Below, in pieces: positions 33,964 through 43,041 of a DNA stretch of 50,810 bases (its first letter is position 1; every line of letters starts with the position of its first letter). The position numbers and the translations under genes were made by a program. A model generated the notes under the pieces. It worked only from the letters and a program-made list of their open reading frames with translations, did no database searches and was not told the origin of the DNA. Where the stretch lies: positions 1-50,810 of the forward strand of contig JAGQZV010000001.1 in the NCBI GenBank assembly GCA_020435295.1. Direction: 5' to 3'. This DNA is from Bdellovibrionales bacterium. GTDB taxonomy: Bacteria; Bdellovibrionota; FAC87; UBA2466; JACKAF01.

Positions 33964-35579
33964 CCCCTGAACTAAAAATCGGACTGGCGCAATTGAATCC
34001 TACCATCGGAGATCTCGATGGCAATTTGGCCAAAATCCTCCAGCGTCTTCAGCTGGCGGAAAAAAAAGGTGTCGATCTCCTGGTTTTTCCCGAGTTGAGC
34101 CTAACGGGCTACCCACCGAGGGATCTTCTTTTTGAAGAGGCATTCGTATCTCGTCAGTTAGAGGCCCTTGCTAAAATCGAAAAAGCGTCCACTAGCGTTG
34201 CCGTCTTCGTGGGATTCGTCGAGCCTAACCCAGAACCCACAGGCCGCCCCTTTTTTAATTCACTGGCGGTGATGCACGAGTGCAAGCGTGTGGCCACCTA
34301 CCGCAAACGTCTCCTCCCTTATTATGATGTTTTCGATGAACCTCGCTATTTTGAACCAGGCGCCGATCCAGCAATCGTCGAGATAAAAGGGAGAAAAATA
34401 GGACTGGCCATTTGTGAAGACATTTGGAACGAGAAAGGGTTTTTGAACCGTCTTTACGCCACTGAGACCATGGGCGATTTAGAAAACGCTGGACTCGATG
34501 TGCTAATAGTCCCGTCGGCTTCTCCCTTTCATTTGTTCAAGCACCAAGCACGGGAGCGTTTGTTGTTCCAAGTTTCACAACGTCTTAAAGCGCCCGTGGT
34601 GTTTTGCAATCAAGTAGGGGCCAACGATGAGTTGCTATTTGATGGTTGCAGTACGGTTGTGGCGGATCAGAAAGTGATTGCCGCGGGTCCTGCGTTTGAA
34701 GAGGCCTTAGTTGTTTGTGATGTGTCGACGGCAGAACAGCCTGCTCTTCCCGTATATCCAAAGAGTGAGGCGGACTGGGTTGTGGGGGCGCTCGAACTGG
34801 GGATACGGGATTATGTTCATAAGTGTCGGGCGTCGAATGTGGTGGTTGGGGTGAGTGGCGGCATCGACAGTGCGGTGGTGGCCGCACTGGCCGTGCGTGC
34901 GCTCGGACGAGAACATGTGTACGCTTTATCGCTTCCTACAAGGTATACGTCTTGCGGAAGTAAAAGCGATGCACGTTTGCTTTGTGAGACCCTCGGCATC
35001 TCGTTTCAAGAGCTTGGCATAGAACCTCTCTTTGAAACGTACCAAAGCCTCTGGCCCCAGTGGTTCGGTCATTCTTTGCAAGGGATCGCTCTTGAGAACG
35101 TCCAACCCAGAATCCGTATGACGTTGTTGATGGCACTCGCCAACGAAAAAGGTGCCTTACTGCTCAATACGAGCAACAAGAGCGAAATCGCGACGGGTTA
35201 TGCAACCTTGTACGGCGACAGTGCGGGTGCGCTTGCTGTGCTCGGTGATTTGACAAAGAGCCAAGTGTACGCGGTGGCCCGGGCGCTGGGTCATCTGGGG
35301 ATGCCGGTGCCGGAGGGTATTCTGACCAGAGCGCCGAGTGCGGAGTTGCGGGAAAATCAAACCGACTCCCAGTCGCTTCCGGAGTATGACCTTTTGGATA
35401 CTCTTGTCGAACACCGGGTAGTCGGTGCGCGGGGGGCAGCGTCTTCGGTTCAGGACGGGGCGCTTTTTGACCGCCTCTACGCGCTCAGTGAATTTAAGCG
35501 CGCTCAATTGCCCCCCGTTTTGCGAGTCAGCCGCAAGGCGTTTGGCGTGGGCCGCCGCTTTCCCATCGCGAAGCGGTAA
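33960..35579 (+). CDS. nadE: glutamine-dependent NAD+ synthetase
   Basis: N-terminal nitrilase/CN-hydrolase domain (FPELSLTGYP, ICEDIW) and a C-terminal synthetase domain with the SGGIDS P-loop. The GTG start overlaps the upstream stop (GTGA). Confidence 0.92.
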   Translation: MTPELKIGLAQLNPTIGDLDGNLAKILQRLQLAEKKGVDLLVFPELSLTGYPPRDLLFEEAFVSRQLEALAKIEKASTSVAVFVGFVEPNPEPTGRPFFNSLAVMHECKRVATYRKRLLPYYDVFDEPRYFEPGADPAIVEIKGRKIGLAICEDIWNEKGFLNRLYATETMGDLENAGLDVLIVPSASPFHLFKHQARERLLFQVSQRLKAPVVFCNQVGANDELLFDGCSTVVADQKVIAAGPAFEEALVVCDVSTAEQPALPVYPKSEADWVVGALELGIRDYVHKCRASNVVVGVSGGIDSAVVAALAVRALGREHVYALSLPTRYTSCGSKSDARLLCETLGISFQELGIEPLFETYQSLWPQWFGHSLQGIALENVQPRIRMTLLMALANEKGALLLNTSNKSEIATGYATLYGDSAGALAVLGDLTKSQVYAVARALGHLGMPVPEGILTRAPSAELRENQTDSQSLPEYDLLDTLVEHRVVGARGAASSVQDGALFDRLYALSEFKRAQLPPVLRVSRKAFGVGRRFPIAKR

Positions 35580-35731
35580 AACGCGCGGCGGTGGCTCCTA
35601 AGGCGCTAAAAATAATAGGTAAATTTCTTATTGCCCCACTGCGGTCTACTTGGAAAATGACGGTTGCCAGCCTGAAAGTGCGCCCCTATAGTCCTATCCG
35701 AAATTGGTTTTGCATATAAAGGAGAACAAAC

Positions 35732-36424
35732 ATGAAAAACCTTTCATGGCTTGCCGTTGTGGTCGGTGCGCACTTCGCGCTGGTGTCGGCCCAGGCGGCT
35801 ACGATTTCCGGTAAGATTGCTTACAGTAAGGATGCCCCTAAAGATAAGCCTATCCGCATGAACGCAGATCCCTATTGTGCGAACGCGAACAAGGCGAACC
35901 CAGCCACGGATGAACGCGTGGTGGTGAACCCCAACAAGACGCTAAAGAACGTATTTGTTTATATCAAGTCGGGCGCTAAAAAGGGCAGTGCCCCTACTCA
36001 AGCCGTAGTCTTTGATCAAAAAGGTTGTGTGTACCACCCCCACGTCATTGGTGTCCAAGTGGGCCAGCCTTTTGACATCGTGAACAGCGATGCCACGCTA
36101 CACAACGTGCATTCGATGGCAAAGAAGAATGCTGGTTTTAACATGGGAATGGCGACCAAGGGCCAAAAAGTTACCAAGACCTTTTCTAAGCCCGAAACCA
36201 TGATCAAGTTTAAATGCGACGTTCATGGGTGGATGACGGCGTATGTTGGTGTGGTGGACAACCCGTACTTTGCTGTGACAGGTGATGACGGTTCCTTCAC
36301 CCTTAAGGATGTTCCGCCGGGTGATTACACTATCGAAGCCTGGCACGAGAAGCTGAAAACTAAAACCGCGACGGTTAAGGTTGCCGGTGCCGGCGATGCC
36401 AAGACCGTGGACATTTCCTTCTAG
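35732..36424 (+). CDS. secreted cupredoxin-like copper protein with a C-terminal carboxypeptidase-regulatory-like beta domain
   Basis: Signal peptide. Type-1-copper-like ligands LHNVH ... KCDVHGWM (C-x2-H-x2-M). C-terminal GSFTLKDVPPGDYTIEAWHE. Confidence 0.62.
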   Translation: MKNLSWLAVVVGAHFALVSAQAATISGKIAYSKDAPKDKPIRMNADPYCANANKANPATDERVVVNPNKTLKNVFVYIKSGAKKGSAPTQAVVFDQKGCVYHPHVIGVQVGQPFDIVNSDATLHNVHSMAKKNAGFNMGMATKGQKVTKTFSKPETMIKFKCDVHGWMTAYVGVVDNPYFAVTGDDGSFTLKDVPPGDYTIEAWHEKLKTKTATVKVAGAGDAKTVDISF

Positions 36425-36431
36425 TTTTTAG

Positions 36432-36758
36432 ATGGATTGGTTGACGTCAGTCTTTAATCTAACGAGCGCTACCGAGGACGCGCCCTTCGTGGGTGTCGTT
36501 GTGGTGGCGCTCGTTGTTCTTTTCGTGGTGTTCGACGGCTATCTTTTGGCAGGAGGATCCAGACGCCGCCAAAAGTGTACGCGTTTTGTGCTCGGGCCAC
36601 TGGAAACTCATTTGTTGTGGACTTTGGTGCCAGTCGCTCTCATCGTGCTCCTCTTGAATTTACCGACTCAGTCTCAGAAATCTCCACGCGTGACTCGGCA
36701 GACGACCCCCTCGCAAACTGAAAAAGCCCCCGAAGCCGCAAAGGTTCTTTTTGAATAA
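36432..36758 (+). CDS. small two-TM protein resembling the transmembrane domain of cytochrome oxidase subunit II (no CuA domain)
   Basis: Two TM helices, the second preceded by LETHLLWTLVPVALIVLL, resembling the COX2 TM signature LE..WT..P. The protein ends after about 40 further residues with no cupredoxin domain. Confidence 0.45.
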   Translation: MDWLTSVFNLTSATEDAPFVGVVVVALVVLFVVFDGYLLAGGSRRRQKCTRFVLGPLETHLLWTLVPVALIVLLLNLPTQSQKSPRVTRQTTPSQTEKAPEAAKVLFE

Positions 36759-37716
36759 GCTAAGAGACTTTTGTCCACGTTGGCTCCATTGGTACGCGGT
36801 GCTTACCTCTGCTGCTACGTTATTCTTGCTTTTTGTTGGCGCTCTGGTGACGAGCACCGGGTCCAGTCTAGCCGTGCCGGATTGGCCGCTTTCCTTTGGG
36901 CAGTTCTTTCCGCGAATGGTTGGGGGTGTGCTCTATGAACACGGCCATCGAATGGTAGCGGGTACTGTTGGAATATTGATGTTGGGCCTTTGTGTTTGTA
37001 TGTGGCTGGTGCGGGCGATTCCGCCTTATGTTCGATGGACAGCAACGGGTGCGTTGTTCGCGGTAGTTTTGCAGGCCGTATTGGGTGGGGTAACGGTTTT
37101 GTACCGATTACCGCCGGCTGTTTCCGTCGCCCATGCGTGTTTAGCGCAGGTTTTCTTTTGCCTAACCGTTGCGTTGAGCGTCATGACGTCGCGTTGGTGG
37201 GTTTCGGTAAAGCCCAAGTCTATTTCAGATCCAAGTTTGTTCTCGCTTCACCTCCACACGCTCCTTCTCGTCGTGTTGTTCTTTTCGCAGCTTGCAATAG
37301 GGGCCACCATGCGACACCTCGGGGCTGGTCTAGCTATTCCGGATTTCCCTCTTGCGTTCGGTGGGCTTGTTCCTCCTTTTGACAATGTGGGCATCACGGT
37401 CCACTTCTTACACCGCGTGGGAGCCGTGGTGGTGGCGACGATGAGTCTGTGGTTGGCAACGCGCATATATATTGAGCACTTTGATTCCTCGGCGCTAGTT
37501 GGCCTCGTGGGGCTTCTCGTTACCTTGATCGCTATCCAACTAGTTTTGGGGGCGATTTCCATCTGGGCGGCCCGTCCGGTTTGGATTACAAGTCTGCACT
37601 TAGTGGTGGGCGCCAGTTGCTTTGCTTGCTCCGTCGGGTTGGCGCTCGTGTTTCACCGCTTGTATTCGCCCGCGGAAGGGAAGCGAGTCTTAAGGGCCGC
37701 CAATGTAACGGCATGA
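36751..37716 (+). CDS. ctaA: heme A synthase (COX15/CtaA family)
   Basis: Eight-TM protein with conserved His motifs (YEHGHRMVAG, HACLAQ, HFLHRVGA, HLVVG). Confidence 0.85.
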   Translation: MNKLRDFCPRWLHWYAVLTSAATLFLLFVGALVTSTGSSLAVPDWPLSFGQFFPRMVGGVLYEHGHRMVAGTVGILMLGLCVCMWLVRAIPPYVRWTATGALFAVVLQAVLGGVTVLYRLPPAVSVAHACLAQVFFCLTVALSVMTSRWWVSVKPKSISDPSLFSLHLHTLLLVVLFFSQLAIGATMRHLGAGLAIPDFPLAFGGLVPPFDNVGITVHFLHRVGAVVVATMSLWLATRIYIEHFDSSALVGLVGLLVTLIAIQLVLGAISIWAARPVWITSLHLVVGASCFACSVGLALVFHRLYSPAEGKRVLRAANVTA

Positions 37717-38591
37717 ACTGGGATCGAGAAAAGATAGCCGCCTACTATGAACTTTCCAAGCCGCGCCTCTCGGCTATGGCGGTGATCATGGTCGGTTTAG
37801 GGTACGTACTTGCTCGCCGCGTGCTCAACGAAGGGTTCGACTGGCCTCGTTTTTTTGCTACGGCGCTGGGAACGAGCCTGGTAGGCATTGGTTCGGCCGC
37901 TTTGAATCAATGGATTGAAGTTGCTAGAGACGCCGCTATGGACCGAACCAAATCCCGTCCACTTCCTTCGGGTCGTCTCGAGCGGAAGTCAGTTCTCTAC
38001 TTCGGGTATGCTGCCTCTTTGGGCGGGGTGCTGCTCCTGTTGCTATTCGTTAACCCGGTTACTGCGGTCTTGGCGGCTTTTACTCTTTTCTTTTATCTTG
38101 CCGTCTACACACCTGCGAAACCGCTATCCTCTTTGGCGACCCTGATCGGTGCTATTCCGGGCGCCATTCCACCGTTAATGGGCTGGACAGCAGGCTACGG
38201 AATGATTGCTTGGCAGGGGCTCTTCCTGTTTGGAATCCTGTTTTTGTGGCAAATACCCCATTTTCTCGCGATTGCTTGGATGTACAAAGACGACTATGCG
38301 CTCGGTGATTTCGCTGTGCTTCCAGTCGAGGATCCCGAAGGGAGCTCCACGTTCCAACAAGCGGCCCTGTATAGTTTGGCCCTCTTGGTGATCAGCGTAC
38401 TGCCGACCTTACGTGGGATGGCGGGGACTTTGTATTTCGGTGGGGCGCTATTTTTTGGTGGAATGATGTTGCAGAAAGTCTGGCAGCTTTCGCGCGAGCG
38501 CTCGCGCGCGCGTGCCCGCGGCCTGTTTCTTGTATCGATATTATACTTGCCCGCAATCAGCATTCTTCTGGTGCTTGACCAGATCTACTGA
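37713..38591 (+). CDS. ctaB: protoheme IX farnesyltransferase (heme O synthase)
   Basis: UbiA-family motifs (NQWIEVARDAAMDRTKSRPLPSG; YKDDY). ATG 37713 overlaps the ctaA stop (ATGA). The ORF-track start at 37581 is an out-of-gene extension. Confidence 0.9.
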   Translation: MNWDREKIAAYYELSKPRLSAMAVIMVGLGYVLARRVLNEGFDWPRFFATALGTSLVGIGSAALNQWIEVARDAAMDRTKSRPLPSGRLERKSVLYFGYAASLGGVLLLLLFVNPVTAVLAAFTLFFYLAVYTPAKPLSSLATLIGAIPGAIPPLMGWTAGYGMIAWQGLFLFGILFLWQIPHFLAIAWMYKDDYALGDFAVLPVEDPEGSSTFQQAALYSLALLVISVLPTLRGMAGTLYFGGALFFGGMMLQKVWQLSRERSRARARGLFLVSILYLPAISILLVLDQIY

Positions 38592-38597
38592 GGAACG

Positions 38598-39536
38598 ATG
38601 GAAACCGCAGCGATTCACACAAGACATGTCAGACACCAGTACGGTAGGCGAGTTGCATTGGAAGATCTAACCCTTGAAATCTCTTCCGGGGCTGTCTTCG
38701 GTTTAATTGGTCCGAACGGCAGCGGGAAGAGTACAGCTTTCAAGGTTCTGTCGACCCAGATGCTTCCGACTTCCGGAGATTTGGAAATCCTCGGTTTTCC
38801 GATTTCTCAAGTCGGCGAGATACGTAAGCGAATTGGGGTTGTATTCCAATCACCGGCTTTGGACAAGAAGTTGGGAGTGGCGGAAAACCTGAGGATTCAA
38901 GGTTGGCTTTACGGGCTTTGCGGAAAAGAGCTCGACAACCGTATCGTAACCGTGCTCGAGCAATTAGGGGTTCTGGATCGGAGCCGCGATAGCGTCGAAT
39001 CGCTCTCTGGAGGATTACAGCGGCGAGTGGAAATCGCCAAGGCTTTGCTGCACAAGCCTCGTCTGTTGATTTTGGATGAGCCGACTACTGGCCTGGATGC
39101 CCACATTCGACGCGATCTTCTCAACTATTTTCAAAAACTGCGTAGTACTGAAGGGATGACTATTCTTTTTACGACCCACTACTTGGAGGAGGCCGAAGCG
39201 TGTGATCGAGTCGCGCTATTGGAGAGGGGGAAACTTGTGGCGTACGATTCTCCCAGAAACCTTACCGCAAGTATGGAGCAAGAAATTCTTACTATCGTGG
39301 CAGTGGGAGCCGCGGAATTGAAACAAGAGATCGAAAAGGAATCGGGTCTGCATGTGCATGTTGTCGGCGAAGAACTGCGCGCGGAGGGGCGCGAAGCGCA
39401 CAAGCGAGTCGCGTGGATAATGGAGCGATGGGGGGATCGCATCGACTCGTTGCGCGTCGGCAAACCCACTCTTGAAGACTATTTCATCAAACAGACGGGA
39501 CAACGTTACGAAGGGAGGGAGGAGGCACATGCTTAG
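38598..39536 (+). CDS. ABC transporter ATP-binding protein (ABC-2 exporter type)
   Basis: Walker A GPNGSGKST, signature LSGGLQRRVEIAKAL and Walker B LILDEPTTGLD. Confidence 0.9.
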   Translation: METAAIHTRHVRHQYGRRVALEDLTLEISSGAVFGLIGPNGSGKSTAFKVLSTQMLPTSGDLEILGFPISQVGEIRKRIGVVFQSPALDKKLGVAENLRIQGWLYGLCGKELDNRIVTVLEQLGVLDRSRDSVESLSGGLQRRVEIAKALLHKPRLLILDEPTTGLDAHIRRDLLNYFQKLRSTEGMTILFTTHYLEEAEACDRVALLERGKLVAYDSPRNLTASMEQEILTIVAVGAAELKQEIEKESGLHVHVVGEELRAEGREAHKRVAWIMERWGDRIDSLRVGKPTLEDYFIKQTGQRYEGREEAHA

Positions 39537-40311
39537 TCGGGCATACCTGTTGTCGGTTTGGGGGTTGGTGTATCGGGAAATAGTCCGTTTTTTTCGACAG
39601 ATGAGCCGTGTGATTGGCGCGCTGGGAACGCCGCTGCTATTTTGGTTCCTGATCGGATCGGGTGTCGGCACTTCGTTTCAGTCGCCCTTCGTTCCTGCGG
39701 GGATGAGCTATTTGGAATTCTTGTTTCCAGGAACTTTAACTTTAATACTCTTAATGACAGCGATGTTTTCCTCGATCTCCATTATTCAGGACAGGCAGGA
39801 GGGATTTTTGCAGTCGATCTTGGTGGCACCCGTGGCATCGGCAACGTTGGTAGGCGGCAAACTTCTGGGAGGCAGTTTGCTCAGTGTTTTCCAGGCAATG
39901 CTGCTCCTGCTATTGGTTCCTTTCATAGGTATCCAGTACAGTGTGGCTCTGTGGATCTATTCTGCTTTTGGACTCTTCCTGTTCTCGATAGCGATGAGTT
40001 CAATATCTTTCTTTTTTGCCTGGAAAATCCCTTCTGTGCAGGGCTTTCATGCTGTTATGAACCTGCTGTTTCTTCCACTTTGGGTTTTGTCCGGAGCCTT
40101 GTTTCCTGCTTCGGCGGCCCCCGGTTGGCTGAAAGCCTGCATGTATCTGAATCCCGTGACGTACGGCGTGGCGAGTATCCGCTACGCGCTGAACCCTTCC
40201 CAACTGGAGACTTTTGGCGCCCCGTCGGTTGCGATAAGCTGGGTGGTTTTGGGGGGGCTTGCCGCTCTCGGCTACTTCGTGGATGTTTGGGTGGTTAAGC
40301 CAAGGAGGTAG
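39529..40311 (+). CDS. ABC-2 type exporter permease
   Basis: Six-TM protein. ATG 39529 is preceded by GGAGGAGG and overlaps the ATPase stop codon. Confidence 0.8.
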   Translation: MLSRAYLLSVWGLVYREIVRFFRQMSRVIGALGTPLLFWFLIGSGVGTSFQSPFVPAGMSYLEFLFPGTLTLILLMTAMFSSISIIQDRQEGFLQSILVAPVASATLVGGKLLGGSLLSVFQAMLLLLLVPFIGIQYSVALWIYSAFGLFLFSIAMSSISFFFAWKIPSVQGFHAVMNLLFLPLWVLSGALFPASAAPGWLKACMYLNPVTYGVASIRYALNPSQLETFGAPSVAISWVVLGGLAALGYFVDVWVVKPRR

Positions 40312-40314
40312 AAA

Positions 40315-40920
40315 GTGAAAACCCGAAAGTTCTCGTGGTTCTTGACCGCTCTGGTTGCGATGCCAGTTCTGGCAGTGGCGCTCTTTGCCGTTACGTCGGG
40401 TTGGTCGGTTGCTAAACCACTCCGCCACGTTCCCGACTTTAGCCTGGTCGATACTGAGGGAAGGGAAGTCCGAAATACAGACCTGCTCGGTAAGGTGTGG
40501 GTAGCAAGTTTTATTTTTACGCGCTGTGAGGGTGCTTGTCCGCTTTTGAACAAGAAAACCCAAAAGCTCCAAGAATTCTTTGGCAAAGATCCTCATTTTA
40601 GAACGGTGTCCATTTCAGTCGACCCCGAGGCCGATAGTCCGTCTGCGTTAAAGCGCTATGCCGCGCGTTATCGAAAGGATTCTGAGCGCTGGATTTTTTT
40701 GACTGGGGAAAGAGCTTCGATCAAGGATCTATTGCAATCAGGTTTTCAGGTCGTGATGCCGGGCATGGAAGATTCTGAAACGGGCATGATCACGCACAGC
40801 AATAGTTTTGTTGTTGTGGATCGCGAAGGCGCAATCCGCGGGCATTTCGACATGGATGATGAGGACTCCATGCTCAAGATCAAACGCAGCGTGCACAAGT
40901 ACTTAGGAAGACGGTTCTAG
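40315..40920 (+). CDS. SCO1/SenC copper chaperone (thioredoxin fold)
   Basis: N-terminal TM anchor, CEGACP (CxxxC) copper site in FIFTRCEGACPLL, and a conserved downstream His (ITHSNSF). Confidence 0.85.
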   Translation: MKTRKFSWFLTALVAMPVLAVALFAVTSGWSVAKPLRHVPDFSLVDTEGREVRNTDLLGKVWVASFIFTRCEGACPLLNKKTQKLQEFFGKDPHFRTVSISVDPEADSPSALKRYAARYRKDSERWIFLTGERASIKDLLQSGFQVVMPGMEDSETGMITHSNSFVVVDREGAIRGHFDMDDEDSMLKIKRSVHKYLGRRF

Positions 40921-40921
40921 A

Positions 40922-42064
40922 GTGCAACCCTATGATCTTATTTTCGTCGGGGGCGGTTTGGCGAACGGCCTTGCCGCTTTTCGCCTCAAGCAGGATCACC
41001 CAAAACTCAAAATCTTAGTAATAGAGAAAGACTCGATGTTGGGGGGGAAGCATACTTGGTCGTTTCACGATAGCGATCTCTCCTTACAGTCCCTGTTATG
41101 GGCCACGCCGCTAATAACGAGACACTGGGATGAGTATGAGGTGCGCTTCCCGGAGTACCGGAGAGTATTGCGTTCTGGATACAATTCCGTTCGCTCGGAG
41201 CAGTTTCACGAAGTGATAGCCCCGTTTTTGGGAGAGAGCCTCCTATTAAATACAGAAGTCCTGGGAGTAGAGTCGGACCGAGTGCATCTTGAGGGGAGAA
41301 GCTTCCGCGCACACTTGGTGCTGGATGGTCGTGGTTGGGAATCGAACCCGCAAGTGAAGCTAGCCTACCAAAAATTCTTGGGACAGTTGCTGCGCTTGAA
41401 AAAGCCGCATGGACTGAGTCGCCCGCTGTTGATGGATGCGACGTGCGCCCAGGAAGACGGTTTTAGGTTTTTTTATGTCCTGCCGTGGTCTGAGACGGAA
41501 CTCTTTGTTGAGGATACCCGCTACAGTGACGGATCCGAGGTGGATGCCGAGACGTATCGAGAGCACATTTCTGGGTATTGTCGACGTTTTGGGTACGACG
41601 TGGAAGCCGCAGTTTATGAGGAGATTGGAAGTTTGCCCATTCCGCTGGGCGGTGAGTTGCCGCGGTGGAGTGCTGGCGTTGTAAAAACTGGAATGCGCGC
41701 GGGGCTTTTTCATGCAACAACGGGGTACTCGTTTCCGGAAGCTGTCGCCTTTGCGGAAACCTTGGCAAGCTTGCCGACACCTGCTAGTGCGCAGAACATC
41801 GAGTTATTGTGGCGACGTGCACAAGCGCATTGGGTCGGGGGAACTTTTTTTCGTTTGCTAAACCGCATGTTATTTAGAGCCGCTGTTCCCGAGGACCGCT
41901 ACAGAGTTCTTCAACGCTTCTACCGACTGTCACCCGCGCTAATTCAGCGCTTTTATAGGGGACAGATGTGGCGTTCGGACTGCCTTCGGCTCCTTATCGG
42001 GAAACCTCCGGTGCCGGTGTTAGACGCTATCAAGTGTTTGCGAGCAGGGAGCCAGGTGGCGTGA
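40922..42064 (+). CDS. crtY: lycopene beta-cyclase
   Basis: N-terminus MQPYDLIFVGGGLANGLAAFRL is a near-match to the proteobacterial CrtY FAD-binding N-terminus. Length and context within the crt operon fit. Confidence 0.85.
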   Translation: MQPYDLIFVGGGLANGLAAFRLKQDHPKLKILVIEKDSMLGGKHTWSFHDSDLSLQSLLWATPLITRHWDEYEVRFPEYRRVLRSGYNSVRSEQFHEVIAPFLGESLLLNTEVLGVESDRVHLEGRSFRAHLVLDGRGWESNPQVKLAYQKFLGQLLRLKKPHGLSRPLLMDATCAQEDGFRFFYVLPWSETELFVEDTRYSDGSEVDAETYREHISGYCRRFGYDVEAAVYEEIGSLPIPLGGELPRWSAGVVKTGMRAGLFHATTGYSFPEAVAFAETLASLPTPASAQNIELLWRRAQAHWVGGTFFRLLNRMLFRAAVPEDRYRVLQRFYRLSPALIQRFYRGQMWRSDCLRLLIGKPPVPVLDAIKCLRAGSQVA

Positions 42065-43041
42065 ATACCACTGAGAAAAATTCTCCGGAACTTTTTTTTG
42101 GTGGGGACGTCAGCGATCTTCTGGAGAACGTATTGTCCCAACACGTGCGGAGCCTGATGGATCGCCCGAGCAAACGCATCCGGGCTCAGCTTGTTGAATT
42201 GGGCTTCCAGTTTTCGGGTACTACTCCTGCGCGGGAACTTTGCCAAGCTTGCGAACTGGTCGTCGAGGCGGTGCACGCTGGGTCGTTGGCGATTGATGAC
42301 ATCCAAGATGGCAGCCTCATGCGTCGCGGACAGCCGACGCTACACCGATCTCTTGGCGTGCCGCTTGCGATTAACACCGGGAACTGGTTGTATTTCCGTC
42401 CACTGGAGCAAGTGCGCGAAATGGGCCTTAGTGCCGAGCGCGAACTACGAATGTATCGTGCGTACCACCACGCCTTATTGCAAGCTCACTATGGTCAGGC
42501 GCTCGATGTTGGTGTGCCTATTGATGGTATCGCGCAACCAAGGGTGTACGAGGTTTGCCTAAGTTCCCTGGAACTAAAGAGCGGGATGCTGACCTCGTTG
42601 GCGCTCGTTCTGGGCGCTATAGCGGGTGGCGCCGCAGAGGATTTGGTCCGAGATTTGGAGCGATTTGGGTGCGCTTTTGGGATCGCACTCCAGATGTTCG
42701 ATGATCTGGGCAATTTGAGTGGTAAGAAAGAGCCCGAAAAAAAATGGGAAGACCTAAAACTGCGCAGGCCGACCTGGTTTTGGGCTTGGCTGTCGCGCCA
42801 TACTAGTGAAGAAGAGTATCTGGGTTTTGTGTCATGCGTTCGCTCGCTTCCCGATGAGGCACCTTTGCGCACATGGATGGAAGTGCATCCGGAGTATTTC
42901 GAAGGTGCTATCCGGGATGCCCATAAACATCTGGACCTTTGCCTTGATGAACTTGAGGTGCAGCTGTCTTGCGCTGCGGAACGACTGGCCTTTGCGCACC
43001 TAAAGGATTTAGGGGGGAAGTTGCGTGTTGCCTACCAGTAG
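42061..43041 (+). CDS. crtE: polyprenyl (geranylgeranyl) diphosphate synthase
   Basis: First Asp-rich motif AIDDIQD and second FDDLGN. The GTG start overlaps the crtY stop (GTGA). The product chain length is inferred from context. Confidence 0.78.
   Translation: MNTTEKNSPELFFGGDVSDLLENVLSQHVRSLMDRPSKRIRAQLVELGFQFSGTTPARELCQACELVVEAVHAGSLAIDDIQDGSLMRRGQPTLHRSLGVPLAINTGNWLYFRPLEQVREMGLSAERELRMYRAYHHALLQAHYGQALDVGVPIDGIAQPRVYEVCLSSLELKSGMLTSLALVLGAIAGGAAEDLVRDLERFGCAFGIALQMFDDLGNLSGKKEPEKKWEDLKLRRPTWFWAWLSRHTSEEEYLGFVSCVRSLPDEAPLRTWMEVHPEYFEGAIRDAHKHLDLCLDELEVQLSCAAERLAFAHLKDLGGKLRVAYQ

Noticed and set aside
35592-35607. TGGCTC-CTAAG-GCGCT upstream of the cupredoxin gene as a fourth sigma-54 promoter.
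   Set aside because: The spacing is correct, but the -12 block (GCGCT) lacks the TTGC context and the -24 block is weak. It cannot be distinguished from chance.
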